64,000 bases of DNA from Chlorokybus atmophyticus (taxonomy: Eukaryota > Plantae > Mesostigma and Chlorokybus algae). The notes below the pieces were generated by a model. The model was not told the origin of the DNA. It searched no databases and saw only the letters and a program-made list of their open reading frames with translations. Shown piece after piece: positions 24,301 to 36,813 of the stretch. The DNA lies in assembly GCA_009103225.1 (NCBI GenBank), contig RHPI01000797.1, positions 936,059-1,000,058 of the forward strand, read 5' to 3'. The translations under genes were made by a program, and so were the position numbers. Numbering within the stretch: position 1 is the stretch's first letter; each line of letters begins with the position of its first letter.

Positions 24301-26184
24301 ACGGTACCTGCTGGTGGAGCTGTGACGATCAGGGTTTTGTACGTGGACGGCGTCAAGGATGTTGACTGCGTGCACCTGACCGGCCAATCCAATGGCACTC
24401 TCAGCATCCAGGTGAGTCTGGCTGGGGGCGTATAGCTGACTGCAAGAGTGTAACACAAGGCCACTTCGCCACTTGAGTGTTATTATGTCACTGAGTCGCC
24501 TTTGTGCAGGTCAACTCGGATTCCTACAACACCATCGTGTTGCGTGGCCTTTGGGCTCAGGCGGGAGAGTACTGCGTGAAGCCCAAGTATCCCAGCAGGC
24601 AAGATCACACAAAGCAACACTGATGTTGTGTGCAACGTTATGCTTGAAAGCTGTCTCATATGCAAGCCGCACTACATACTCAACTGTGTGCTGGAGCAGG
24701 TTTTACTACTCCGAGCCAACAGTTGCAGAGATTGGGTGGGTGTTTGGTGTGACCACCAAGTTCATTGATGACGGCGTGCCACTCAACCGGTATGGCGCAC
24801 CCGACAATGGCCAAGGGTGAGCAGGTTGCCAGTGTGCACAAGTGCACAGCTTGCCCCCCCCGCCCCNNNNNNNNNNNNNNNNNNNNNNNNNNNNNNNNNN
24901 NNNNNNNNNNNNNNNNNNNNNNNNNNNNNNNNNNNNNNNNNNNNNNNNNNNNNNNNNNNNNNNNNNNNNNNNNNNNNNNNNNNNNNNNNNNNNNNNNNNN
25001 NNNNNNNNNNNNNNNNNNNNNNNNNNNNNNNNNNNNNNNNNNNNNNNNNNNNNNNNNNNNNNNNNNNNNNNNNNNNNNNNNNNNNNNNNNNNNNNNGCCC
25101 CCCCCCCACACGCGCATGCGCACACGCACATGCGCAAGGCAGCCAGGGTGGCTGCTGTTCTCGGGTTGTAACCCTTTTTGCTGTGCAGTGCCTACCAAGC
25201 GACTGGGGAGGAATTCTTGGTGGATTACTTGCAGAGTCCCATTGGGTCCGTGCGCGTGAAGCAGATCGCTGCTTATCACACGGTACTCACCTTGCCACCC
25301 TCCCCTGCTGCAGCATTACTGCTGATGTTGTGTTGTTCTGATCATCTGGCTATGTGTGCGCTGCAGTGTTGCAACGGATTCGATTCCACACAGTACACGC
25401 CAGCTGGCTACAGGCCTGCACTGGACCCGCCCGTGTTGATCGAGGACTTTCCTGTGAGCTGGCTGCAGAAGCCCGACAAGACGCAGAGTCTGCTGCCAAC
25501 TGGACTAACTAGCAGCGGAGCAGAGTATCCTCTGGACTCCACCATCCAAATGGGCACCAGCTTTGGCTTGCTGGTAGGCAGGAGAGAGTGTGTATCTCTG
25601 CATGCTTAGTGAGTGCGAGCATGCATGTGTGAATCTCCATGCGTGCATCTGTGTGTATGTGTGTGTGCGCGCGCGCGCATGTGTGCGAGACTCCCGTGTA
25701 CGCCACTGTTCGTGCACACTCTTGTGTTTTTACTTACTGGATTCGCCTGCGCAGATAAATAGGGAGACCAGTGAGATGTTCACCAATGCGACACTGATGA
25801 TCGATCAGCTGACTGATAAGAATGGCGTGACTGACTGGGAAGGGTGCACCACCATCCCATACTGCGGAAAGTTTGTTAGATACTTCCCGGTCAGGGATTG
25901 GCAGCGGCAGATTGTGCCGCAGATGGTGTTTGTCTTCATGGACTACGTTCCCTCCGGCAACTTTGACTGGAATGGTAAGCACCAGGGTCGTGGTGTTGTT
26001 CAGTCATTGTGACTCCACAATGGGTTCCTATTGCCATTCGTGGTCATGTGAATGTTAGCCTATGTGCGTGCACACTGAAGCTTCTTGTGCTGCTGGTGCA
26101 GACAATGTCTACGTCATTTGGAACGCTGTACCAGACTACCGATTGAACTCGTTCCCGACGCCTCTGCCATCACTGCGTAAATGA
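18316..26184 (+). CDS. Large secreted multi-module protein (~1500 aa, ~29 exons): signal peptide, 4 ConA-like/DUF1349-like beta modules separated by Pro-rich linkers, and an Ig-like plus bacterial-type C-terminal region
   Basis: Signal peptide MLAPACALLLCCLIASVAA|Q. Three near-identical repeats (GFTYVE.P..G.GY...NL..YGRL.IT...DNRLG.G...QYDQAGLWLGT.EDNFVK) with exon sizes 153/183/223/92-95, then a diverged fourth copy. The C-terminus includes EPTVAEIGWVFG, VKQIAAYHT, QSLLP, FVRYFPVRD and MDY...NFDWNDNVYVIWN, with the stop at 26184. An N gap lies inside a Pro-rich exon. An in-frame upstream ATG may exist at 17124. Confidence 0.88.
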
Positions 26185-27202
26185 CGTGGTGCGTCTGAGA
26201 GGCGGTGTGAATTTCCCGTATGCAATTTTGCAAGTTGATGTGTTGTAGTAGATTGACACTGTCAGGCATTGGTTGCACTGCAGTAGTTGTTGTTATGTCC
26301 AGGTAGTGTGCCAGCTGCAGCACTGGCTTAGAGTTGGGTCTACACCCACAACGTAAATAATGATTTGCAGCCATTGTGTCCATTGAACTCGGCAGTACAG
26401 CGCATGGGACGCATGTCTCCTTCAAATTGTCCCCCACCCGGTATTGTTCTCGTTGGCACATGCTGCACATCAATGCTACTTAGCACCGCGCTTGCCTCCA
26501 TGATCTGCTAGCCTTGCTTTGCATGGCAAGTTTCTTTTCTTCAACTCGTACTTCACTGCGATGTCTGGTGATTGCGCAATGCCAGCATATCAAAAGTTGA
26601 TGAACATTATTGTGTACATGATATCTGACGTGCCATTCCACATAGCAAGTATCAGAGACGGCCCATGTGTACTCTGTGTGACGATGGACATGCAAAAGTT
26701 TGATTATAAGCTTATACTTTGCATAACCCCATAACAACATTGCATAACTCATGTAAAAACAATGTGAAGCGCAATTGTGTTGACTGCCATCCCACCTTGC
26801 GATGCAGTATATCGCATTTGCCGCAATAGGCAATCACCCTGGTTGGATTGCATTGTAGGCACGACCTACCTGCCTGCTAGCAAATCATTATCACCTCTCG
26901 TGATACTCAGTCCAGTGGTGGCGCACAACCAGTGAAGAAGCGAAGTGTCAAAGGCATAGTAAAAACACAGTCGAAGACAAAGACAAATTCATCATCCTGG
27001 CAGCCTAGCTCTTTTCGGCCGAATAGGATTTGAACTGCGTTGAAGTGCAACCGGCAATGCATATGCAACTTGTATTAGTGACAAACACCCAACAAATGTG
27101 AACGGCATAACATAATGCTGCAGTTGGATATGCAATGCGAGACCCAACACCATCTGCATATTTTCTAGTAGCAACCACGATCACAGTCATACTACATCAC
27201 AG

Positions 27203-29642
27203 TCATGTCCTGAACACTGTGTCCAACTCAGTGGGCTTCAAGCGGTTCACGACCTCGTGCTGCTTTCGCCTCTGCTTCGCCTTCACCCTTTTCGTGTACT
27301 TGCTGGCATTCGCTCTCTTCTCCATCGCGCGCGTCTGCGCAACCAGCAGAGTGCGTGCTCTTGGCCAAAGCAATGTGAGGCGTGAGGCATCCTGTTGGTG
27401 TTTTTGACACCAACAGGATGTGCCACTAGCTGCGCTCAAGCCAGCTGCCAAGACACAGACAAGCGCTTACCAGGTTAGGGGAGACGTAATTGGGATTCTC
27501 ATACAGCGTTGGCCCTCCAAAACTCCCAGCAAAAACCTTGATTGGATTCAGACAAAACCGCGGACCAACCTGCCCGAAGGCAACAACTCATTGCATCAGG
27601 GATCGTGCATTACACAAAAAGTCAAAACCCTCCTTCACGCCAACATGTGATAGCCAACAATGCATACAAGGTAAACTGCACACAAACATACCTCGACCAG
27701 AGTCATCTTTTCCAATGCAGACTTGTCAAGCTTGCCTTTATGCTGCGGCTGTGCCACCTGCCAATGCCTTTGCATCAGCACACTGTTTGGCAATCCCGTC
27801 ACGCACACGGAACTAGCTTGATGCAGCGCTTGCTTCAGCAGACATGTTTGCAAATACCTGGTAGTTACGGAACCATATCCGGTTGTCAACCAAAGTAAAC
27901 GTCAAGATATGGTCAAAGAACGGCTTGCTTTTCCGATGGTCGCGAGGCGTATCAAAAACCTACACCACATTCAAGACGGTAACAGAACTCTCAATACTTT
28001 CGGCTGATACCAAAAACGCTTGCAAAATTGTAAACAACAGACTTCTGCCACCCAGTGATCATGTGCACACCTGAATAAGCATCTCCTTCAACACCCGTAA
28101 GTGGGGCTGTGTATCAAACACGGGTTCGAAGCTCAGCACCGGCCGGGAGCCCTTCAGGTGATTACCAGTCAGCTTCAACTCCGCCATGGTGTGGACTGAA
28201 ACAAGCAGTGAACGTGTTGTGATGCATGGAATGCATGTGGCAAACGACTACACTCATGCGCTTGTGGGTGGTAATCAACCTTGACACACACACGCCCACA
28301 TGCAGTAAAATATGCAAAAGCCCTTACTGTTGTTGACCAGGAACTTAACGCACGGCCCATTAGGAGTCTTTGACAGCCACATGTACAGGTCTTTATGTTT
28401 CCTGGCCTGGATAGTAATGACACGGACACATTGATGACCAAAAGCTTGTTTGACAAAGAGTGCATAGCCCCAACCATATGAGCAAAGAGCGTTACTGACT
28501 TCGAAAAAGAGGCAAGAAGAGCATGACTTCAAGTCGGCGATCTCGTTCAACACCTGGCGGTCATCCTTCGTGTCGAGCTTCACATCCTTCTTTGAATGCG
28601 GGAGCAAGGCAAGAATATCCGTCATCAGGTGACGATACCTGCAGAGGTTGATTGCATGAGAGACAACTCGATGCCATAGACAGCAAAAAAAACACACTTT
28701 GCACCTGTTGCAATAGGTGAGAAGAAAAGAGGCATGCACATGACATGACAATAAACTCGAGTACACCTAATTGCATGGAATGATAGCACGGTACAGAGCT
28801 TGCAATGTGCATTTGCTGCAAAGGTTGTTGTACGCTGAACTGTTGATGCAGTTGCGGAGACAGAATTCTTGTGTCACAAACCATTATGGACAAAGACCAT
28901 GGCACGGAGAGCTTGCCAGTAGCTATCACTGCAACAGAGTATCAAGTGACAGATTGCAAGTTAGTCAATTGGTGCATGCACGATGGACTGACTTGCCACT
29001 AGCTACCATTAGAGTAAAGCAGTTTGCGACAGCGACTGCCAGCATGCACAATGGAGTGACTCGGTCACTGCAAGCACTAAGCCACCTGCTGTACACTGAT
29101 CAATACGAAAGTTCACAATACGCACAATCAACTGCGTGGCCTGGTGGTGAACAAACATTACTACATGTATGCTGCCTTCATAGTAGGTGCTCGGTTTTCT
29201 CCCGACCCTCACCATCTTTGGATAATGTAACATAATTGGCTATTGATTGCCAGCTATTGACAACATGCCAAACATCAACTGTTGCAAACTGCATGCAATG
29301 CAAATGCTAGTGCCAGGCATTGGCAGCATGACACACACAGCTGTCGCAAATTATAACTGGCACATTGCCGATGTCTGCATTCAGAGCCAGCATGACTGTA
29401 ATCAGGCTACAGACGCTAACACAAACACAAACAAAACACTTGCATGCAACCAGCTGCTACACAAACAATAAAGCGGCTAACCTGAAGGTGATTCCTCTCG
29501 ACGACAGCACCAGCACCTTCTCCTTGTTGACAAAGTCCTCCTCCTTCTCCTCAGCAGCGCCGCCATTGCTCAGCACAGCCCCCGGCGCCGTGCCCCCGGC
29601 GCCGTCATCGTCATCCGTCGCAGCCTTGCGCTTGCGCCCCAT
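27203..29642 (-). CDS. BRX1: Ribosome biogenesis protein BRX1 (Brix domain)
   Basis: Spliced motifs KEKVLVLSSRGITFR, YRHLM.DILALLPHSKKDVKLDTK, HTMAELKLTGNHLKGSRPVLSF, KSKPFFDH, RIWFRNYQ and VGPRFCLNPIKVFAGSFGGPTLYENP. Confidence 0.95.
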
Positions 29643-30716
29643 CCCTCACCACCAACAAACCCCCACTCCAAGAGCAACAAACACCCTCCTCACACCAAAA
29701 GTCTCCAAGCAGTGTCCAGGCCAGCCAAGCAAGCAAGCTCTTGCTAGCTAGCGGGGTAAGCAGCCAAGCAAGCTAGCACGCAGGCGGCCGAAGCAATCAA
29801 GCACGGCCTCGGCCAGCAGCACGAGGAACACACGCACAACAGACTGACAAGCACCCCCTGTCCTCCACCCGCTACACCCCCTACACACCCACACCGCCTC
29901 CGGCTTTCAGCTGCTCAATGCTTCGGCGGCGCCGCAACAGTCCGATCCTAGGATCGACTTGTCGGCTCGGCCGGGAACGGGTTGAGACTCTCAAGTGAGA
30001 GTGAGAGTGAGATTGGGTCTCACTTGTGCTGCAAGCTGCGGCCGGCGGAGGTGACGTTGGCGGAGGCGGAGGAGGCGGCGGCGGCGGCGGCAGGTTGGTT
30101 CTGGCGCTTTGGTCGCTGTCAAGGTGAGATGTTGCTTACAGAGACAGCGTGTACCTGACGAGTTGAGTTGATGCTGAGCCAGCCGTTGGGCCTCAGCGGC
30201 CTGTTCCTCGCGGCGTAGCGGGCGTAGGCGTAGCGGTTCCAGGCATGCGCATGTGTATTGGTATATGTGAGCATCTCGTGTTCTTTGACGAACTCTCATC
30301 ACTGCTGACTCCGCCTCTCATACAGCTGCGAGACTTATGAGTATTGACTCATGCACTCATACACAGTCCGAGACTCATGCACACTCGTGCTCACTCGTAC
30401 ACACTCATGCACTAGTTCAAGCTTACCTCTATAGCAGCTGCGTGCAAGAGGAACGTGTTTTCTCCCCTCGTGCCAGTCCCTAGCGTGTGTCTGGTCTGTT
30501 ACTGTGCTCAGTGTGCTGCGTTGCTTTGATTGTCTCATCCATCGCTGTCTGCGTCGACACACCAGCCTGAATAGTTATGTTATGACCAATCTTTGAATTA
30601 CTGACTGAACTGTGCTGGCCCCTGCTTCTCCGGCATAGGCTGCAATAGTTCTGGTGATCTCCTCCTAGCACACACTTGCTAGCCAGCACTTAATTACTTC
30701 AAGCAAGAGAGCTGAG

Positions 30717-32706
30717 ATGGTGCCTCCACCAAAACATCCCACCTATGACATTCGCAAGATAATCCAGCTGGCTTTGGAGGAGGACGCGGGCGACATAGGT
30801 ATGCGTGCAGCTCAAGCTCAGGTCACAGTGACTGTTTACCTGGAACTCTATGTAAACGCGTCACCACGTTATGTTGGTCAGGGGACGTGACGTGCCAGGC
30901 GACTGTCCCGGAAAGCACCCGTGCAGAGGCGCAGTTCCTAGCCAAGGCGGACGGGGTGCTTGCGGGTGTGGCCGTCGCGGACATGGTCTTCGAGCAGGTG
31001 GACCCTTCCCTGCAAGTAAGCTTGCATGCGTATGTGCGTGGGCGCGTGCGTGCATGCGTGGTTGTGTGCGCGTCTGGGTGTATGCGTGGTTGGAAGCGAC
31101 AAAGAAGCCATGACGACATTGCCTTCTTGGTCGCTGTTCCTGTTGCGGCAAAAAGTTGCTTAGCGTAAGGCTGGCTCTGTCCTGTGTGCAGACATCGTGG
31201 ATGGCTAGTGATGGGGACGTTATTCGTAAAGGGCAAGTGATTGGCACCGTGCAAGGTACACTGGCGTGCTGAGACGTAGGCTGGGCTACCGATACACACA
31301 CCTGTCGATATGCACACACATACGCATATGTGTGCAAACATACACCTTTGTGCATACTTGGTTGCTTCTATGCGCCTGCATGCTCGTGCGCAAGGGTGTA
31401 CCGGCGCATACATGTGCACACATACATCCATGGTTGCCTTGGCATCATTGAAGGTGTTTGCATTGGCATAATGTATGCTGTATTCGCAGGCCCTGCAAGA
31501 AGCATTTTGCGGGCAGAGCGAATTGCCCTGAATTTTATGCAAAGAATGAGCGGCATCGCCACTGCGACTCGGGTGAGCCGGTCGCTACCTATGTATTGTG
31601 TATGGGTGTTGTTCATCCTGCTTTGAGATACATCACCATCCCACAGTGACTTTGACCTTCAAAACACAGGCGATGGCAGAAGCTGCGCGACCCGCAATGC
31701 TGATTGAAACTCGAAAGACTGCACCTTGTTTACGACTGATTGACAAATGGGCGGTAAGTTGGCGGCTATACTTGAGTATGGGGTTGGTTGTTCGACTGTC
31801 TGTGTTTTTTGGCACGTGGTTGTAACAGCCAATGCTTGCAAGCAGTGACCAAGCTGTTAAGCATTCTTTGTTTTGTGTCTCCCAACTTTCAATACGGTAG
31901 GTTTTGATTGGCGGCGGACACAACCACCGAATGGGCTTGTTTGACATGGTGATGATCAAAGACAACCACATAGAGGCCGCGGGCGGCATCGCCGCTGCCC
32001 TGCATCGATGCAGAGCATATATGACAGAACAAAACCTCTCCATTGGCATTGAGGTACCTGTGCGTGCATGCACCATATCCATGCTGCAGCCGATATTTTT
32101 GCACTCATGCAGTTTAACTCCCTGTTTGACTGTTGGCAGGTGGAGACGCGCACGCTAAATGAGGTACAGCAAGTGCTGGCCGTCATGGATGAAGCCGGCA
32201 AGGGCGGGTCGGGCCGAGTGACGCGGATTATGTTTGACAACATGGTGGTGAGGCGGCCGGACGGCAGCGTGGACACGTCAATGCTGCAGGATGCCGTGGC
32301 GCTCGTTGATGGCCGCGTCGAAACAGAGGTGTGGGGGTCGAAATTGTGGTGATTGTTGTTGTGTGGCCCACATCATGTTGCCCAACACTGTATGTAGCCC
32401 CATTGCACATTATCATGATGTTATATTTACTCTGGCATGGCAGGCGTCTGGCAATGTGACTATGGAGACTGTTGGCGCCATTGGGCAAACCGGCGTGACC
32501 TACATATCATGGTGAGGACATTGTCTTGTTGAGGGATGTATCACAACGCGTATATGTGGACTTGCGCCGGTCAGCCATGTTTACACCGTTCATTGTCGTT
32601 GTCGTGCAGTGGGGCCATCACGCACTCTGTCATGGCGCTGGACATATCCCTCAACATAGATACGCAGCTAGCATTGGAAGTGGGTAAAAGGACACATCGC
32701 GCTTAA
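30717..32706 (+). CDS. QPT: Quinolinate phosphoribosyltransferase (nicotinate-nucleotide pyrophosphorylase, NadC), plant type
   Basis: Spliced motifs [73 protein letters not shown] and [15 protein letters not shown]...[11 protein letters not shown]. Confidence 0.96.
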
Positions 32707-33118
32707 ATGAGTTTAGATATTGTTATGAACCATTATACTGCCATAACTATGCATGTGGGTGTGACGCGCGACACACACACAATGGTGCCTGTGTTGCAAC
32801 AACATTGAGCGCATGGGTATGTACATGGTACTGTTCCACTAGCTTAGAAAAGTCAATGCGTAGGCCTTGCGCACACAAGCAGTCTTATGAAATGCTGACA
32901 GAAGTACTTGTGTCTATGTTCTATCTGGACAGGTATGCTGCTAAGGCAGCAGCACAAAGCGACTCTCACTGCTGCTTTCCCTCTCTCATTCTTTTGCGCT
33001 GTCTCTTACTATATGGTCTACAGGATTCTTTATGAAACACATAAATGATGGATGTTCTTTGGTGAACGACACTTCGGCTTATTATGGCCTCCAAGCACCA
33101 GAGTTCTCTTTTTGCAGA

Positions 33119-34882
33119 TTATGCCTCAGCAGCGCCCGCTTGCTGCTGCTGCCGTCCAGGGAAGCTCCCACGCTCTGCGCGCGCTTCTGCTGCTGCCGCC
33201 TCTGTCCATGCTGCTGTTGTTGTTGATGATGTTGTTGTTGATGTTGCTGGTGTGTTTGTTGTTGGGAGGATGGAGCGGAGGCTGTGTTGCGGGACCGCGC
33301 GTGCCCGGTGCGGTGTGTTGGTTTCGTTGTCATCAGCGGCCTCGGCTGCCCCAAAATCCCCGCTGCCACGACCGTCCCTGGCCTCAGTTTGGTGTCCCCC
33401 GTGTCGGCTGCTGTCATCTCCGCTGGCATTACCAACTGCAAGCATGCGAATGTGAGTGTTTGTTACTCTGAACAGCTGGTCCTCAATTGGGTGTGAGAGC
33501 AATGTGTGTCTTTGTTGCAAGGCTATGTGCAGAATCATATTCTGTGAGCTGAGGCAAATCGCTCGCAAACTTACTCAGCGTAAGCATGCACACGCGCACA
33601 TACACACACAGACTCACGCATGCACGCCCCCCNNNNNNNNNNNNNNNNNNNNNNNNNNNNNNNNNNNNNNNNNNNNNNNNNNNNNNNNNNNNNNNNNNNN
33701 NNNNNNNNNNNNNNNNNNNNNNNNNNNNNNNNNNNNNNNNNNNNNNNNNNNNNNNNNNNNNNNNNNNNNNNNNNNNNNNNNNNNNNNNNNNNNNNNNNNN
33801 NNNNNNNNNNNNNNNNNNNNNNNNNNNNNNNNNNNNNNNNNNNNNNNNNNNNNNNNNNNNNNNNNNNNNNNNNNNNNNNNNNNNNNNNNNNNNNNNNNNN
33901 NNNNNNNNNNNNNNNNNNNNNNNNNNNNNNNNNNNNNNNNNNACCCCTCACACGTGCAAAGGCACCTGCGGGCACACAGGTACTTACATACATGTCCAAG
34001 CGCAGTCACACACACAAAGACACCTTCCCTTGCCAACACAGCTATCAGCTTACTCCAGAAGTTGTACAGAGGATTGCTCCCAACATTGGTACTGAACAGT
34101 GCAAATGCATCCATCACTGCAAACGGATATATACATAGTGACTAACTATGCATCTGGCGCTGTTTGAATTGAACCTCCACTCACCTGGTTGCAGAAGACA
34201 CAGAGGCGCACGGTGCTGTAGATGCGCGCGGGCACCATGCGCTTGAGCTTGTCGGCGGCACCATCCAAACCCCACCTGACCACAAAACCCATGGGAACAT
34301 GTGCATGTGCATGTGTGCATGCATGCGCACGCCTGCACGCACGCGTGTGCACACATCAATGGATGTAGTGTAGGCACGTGAGTGCGATTGTGTGCGTACG
34401 CAACTGTGCATATGCATGTGTTTGTCGGTCATTCATGTATTAGTGAATCATTCCCGTTGAGCGCACACAGCCAAACTAGGAGCCTTTCGTTGCTAGCAGT
34501 GGGACCAAATAAGACGTCCACGTGATAACTCACAACTCCTCTCGCCTCAAATTGTGTCACAAAACTTATTGCTGCATAGATCTGAATGCCGAAAAAACGT
34601 GTAACTGTAAGTCTGCATCCGGATGTTGATTGGGATTGCGTGCCGCAATATGAGCAACCATGTATACAATCATCTCGATTACGACGAGCCACACTAATGT
34701 GTTGATAATGATGGGTTAAGCAACTCTATTCAAGACATACACACTCACTCTGCCTGTTTGGCGAGGACTGTTTTCATCGTCATGACTCCCGGCAGGTTCT
34801 CCGGCGTGAACTCCACCTGGCAGATGGCGCACGCACGTCGGCTGCCCGCCGTGTCCGCACCCACCGCAGCGGCAGGCGCCAT
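33119..34882 (-). CDS. Uncharacterised ~193-aa protein with a CxxC-(~50)-CxFC putative zinc-binding motif and a low-complexity tail
   Basis: Exons 34882-34749, 34275-34185 and 33475-33119 join in frame (582 nt) to give ...CAICQVEFTPENLPGVMTMKTVLAKQAEWGL...IYSTVRLCVFCNQLF. An N gap lies in intron 2. Confidence 0.6.
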
Positions 34883-35927
34883 GGTCACTTCCGCCTTCAA
34901 GAAACCCCTCTTCAAGTCTTGGCCTGGCCTGTCTGGCCTGGCGCCCAGCCTAGCCTGGCGGCCTGAGCGCTCCTGTCCAGGGCTGGCGCCTGCCTGTCGT
35001 CGGTGCCGCCTGCCGGCCCCAACCCTGGCTTTAGACAACTCTAGTAATCAAGCCGTTGAGTGTCACAAGGAAGAAGTCAGCCTGGCCTGGCTTCGGATTG
35101 GCCTGGCCTGGGCTGGGCTGGGCTGGGCTGGCCTGGAGCTGTGGGCTGGGTTAGCGGCGGACCGTCGTGACGTGGCGCACTCTGGTGGAGTGCTTCATTC
35201 GGAAGAGAAAGTCACGTGATGTGTTAGCAGGCGTGGCGAAGTGGAACCTGGTTTACTCCGTGCCGAACGAGGACGCTGCAGAACCGGATGGACGAATCCG
35301 TTTCGAGCGCCATAGACCCGCCGCGTGGCAGTCGCGACCGGATCACGCGGACGCTGTGGCTTTGATGCCCACCTGTGCAGTCAGCAGCGCTTTACAGTGT
35401 GCACCTCGCAGGGAGCTGTTGGCACGTGGCAGTCTCAACGGGCTTTGCATTATGTCGGCGATGCCCGCCTGTGCCACATACTGCGGTGCTGCAGCGCGCG
35501 ATGCTGCCTTATCAAATGCCCAGCCGTGCCATCACCGAGCAAACCGCACTGCGCATCTGCACCAGTTCGAAAAAAGGCGCCAAACGCCTTGGTAGATCTG
35601 ACCTCAGTCATGCACCAACAAAGCAGTTAACTGAGTCATGTATGGATGTCGGGCTACAGCTACGGATATCAATCTTACCTGTCTGCAATTCCAGTTTGAA
35701 AGATCTGGGTGCTGCTAACCACGGTTTGCCTAGTTGTCGAGTACTTACTCCGTGGTGGCAGTAGCGGCGGCATTGTGCTTGTCGTGAAGCGCTTGTGTGT
35801 GGGCAGAGGAGATTGTGTGGCGCTGGACGGCATTGCGTTGCTGCTGCTCGTGTCGGCACTGCTCTTGCTGAAGCAAGCCTGTGTGTGCGTGGTTCAGCGC
35901 AAGCTGTCACGTCTTTCATCGGCAACT

Positions 35928-36813
35928 ATGTTGAGGAAGTGCGTGGAGATGGGCATCATTCTCACCGCCCTGGCCGTCATCAAGCTGACGGAATGCCTGG
36001 ACGCCTTGCTGCCTGTGTCACCCTCAAAGTCCAAGCCAGCAGCCGCCGTCTGCCAGGCGCCAAAGGACCAGACTGCAAGGGAGACGTGCAGCTTCCATAA
36101 CCCTAACCCTGAACTAGAAAGGTGAGCTTTGAACTGTTTGCAATGTGAATGCCTAAGCTTTCTTGCTGCCTTGCGCATTGCTTTCAATTTGTAGTTAAAT
36201 GCTTGCGCTGGCACTCACATCTCTATAGATTTGCCTGATTACGTGCTTGTACATGTCTATCTGGTTGTGTATGTGTGTGAACTGACGTGTTTTTTGCTAC
36301 TGCTGCAGTTTGGGCAAAGCTCAGCAACAACAAGCTTACCAAGAGGAGGAAAGATTGAGCTGCAGCCAAGTAGCGACCTCTGCACACCTTTGCACACAGA
36401 ACCAGATGGAGGAGGAAGACAACAAGAACAGTTTTCACACTGACACGCTCAGCGATGAAGACTCCGCAACACTGGAAGACTCGCTGTATGAAGAGCAGTC
36501 ACTCGAGCAAGAAGACAGCCGTCCTTGCACCCCCACCAGCAGGGATGATGCCTCCAGCAGCAGCAGCAGCAGCAACAGCAGGAGCTCCAGCCCACTCTCT
36601 TCCCCGCGTTCGAGCTTCCGAGCTTGCAGTCCCACCGGCAGAGAGGTGACAAGGTTGTGGGCCCATTTTGAGGAGATGGCGCGTCGCCAGCAATACGAGC
36701 AAAGTGTGGTGCAGCAATGGAAAGCGCGGTGGCGGGTGGCGTGTGCGGATGCACGAAGCGCTTCGAGCTGCTCGGCAATTGGCAGACGTGTACAACATCT
36801 TGTTGTCGCATAG
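35928..36813 (+). CDS. Uncharacterised ~232-aa acidic/Ser-rich protein with a hydrophobic N-terminus
   Basis: Exons 35928-36121 and 36309-36813 join in frame (699 nt) with canonical GT/AG. No recognisable domain. Confidence 0.5.

Noticed and set aside
24680-25341. ORFs spanning N gaps (also 33456-34145 and 55164-55769)
   Set aside because: They stay open only because Ns contain no stops; they are intronic or 3' UTR sequence.
28110-28145. GGTTCGAA resembling a tRNA T-loop
   Set aside because: It lies within a BRX1 coding exon and has no cloverleaf.
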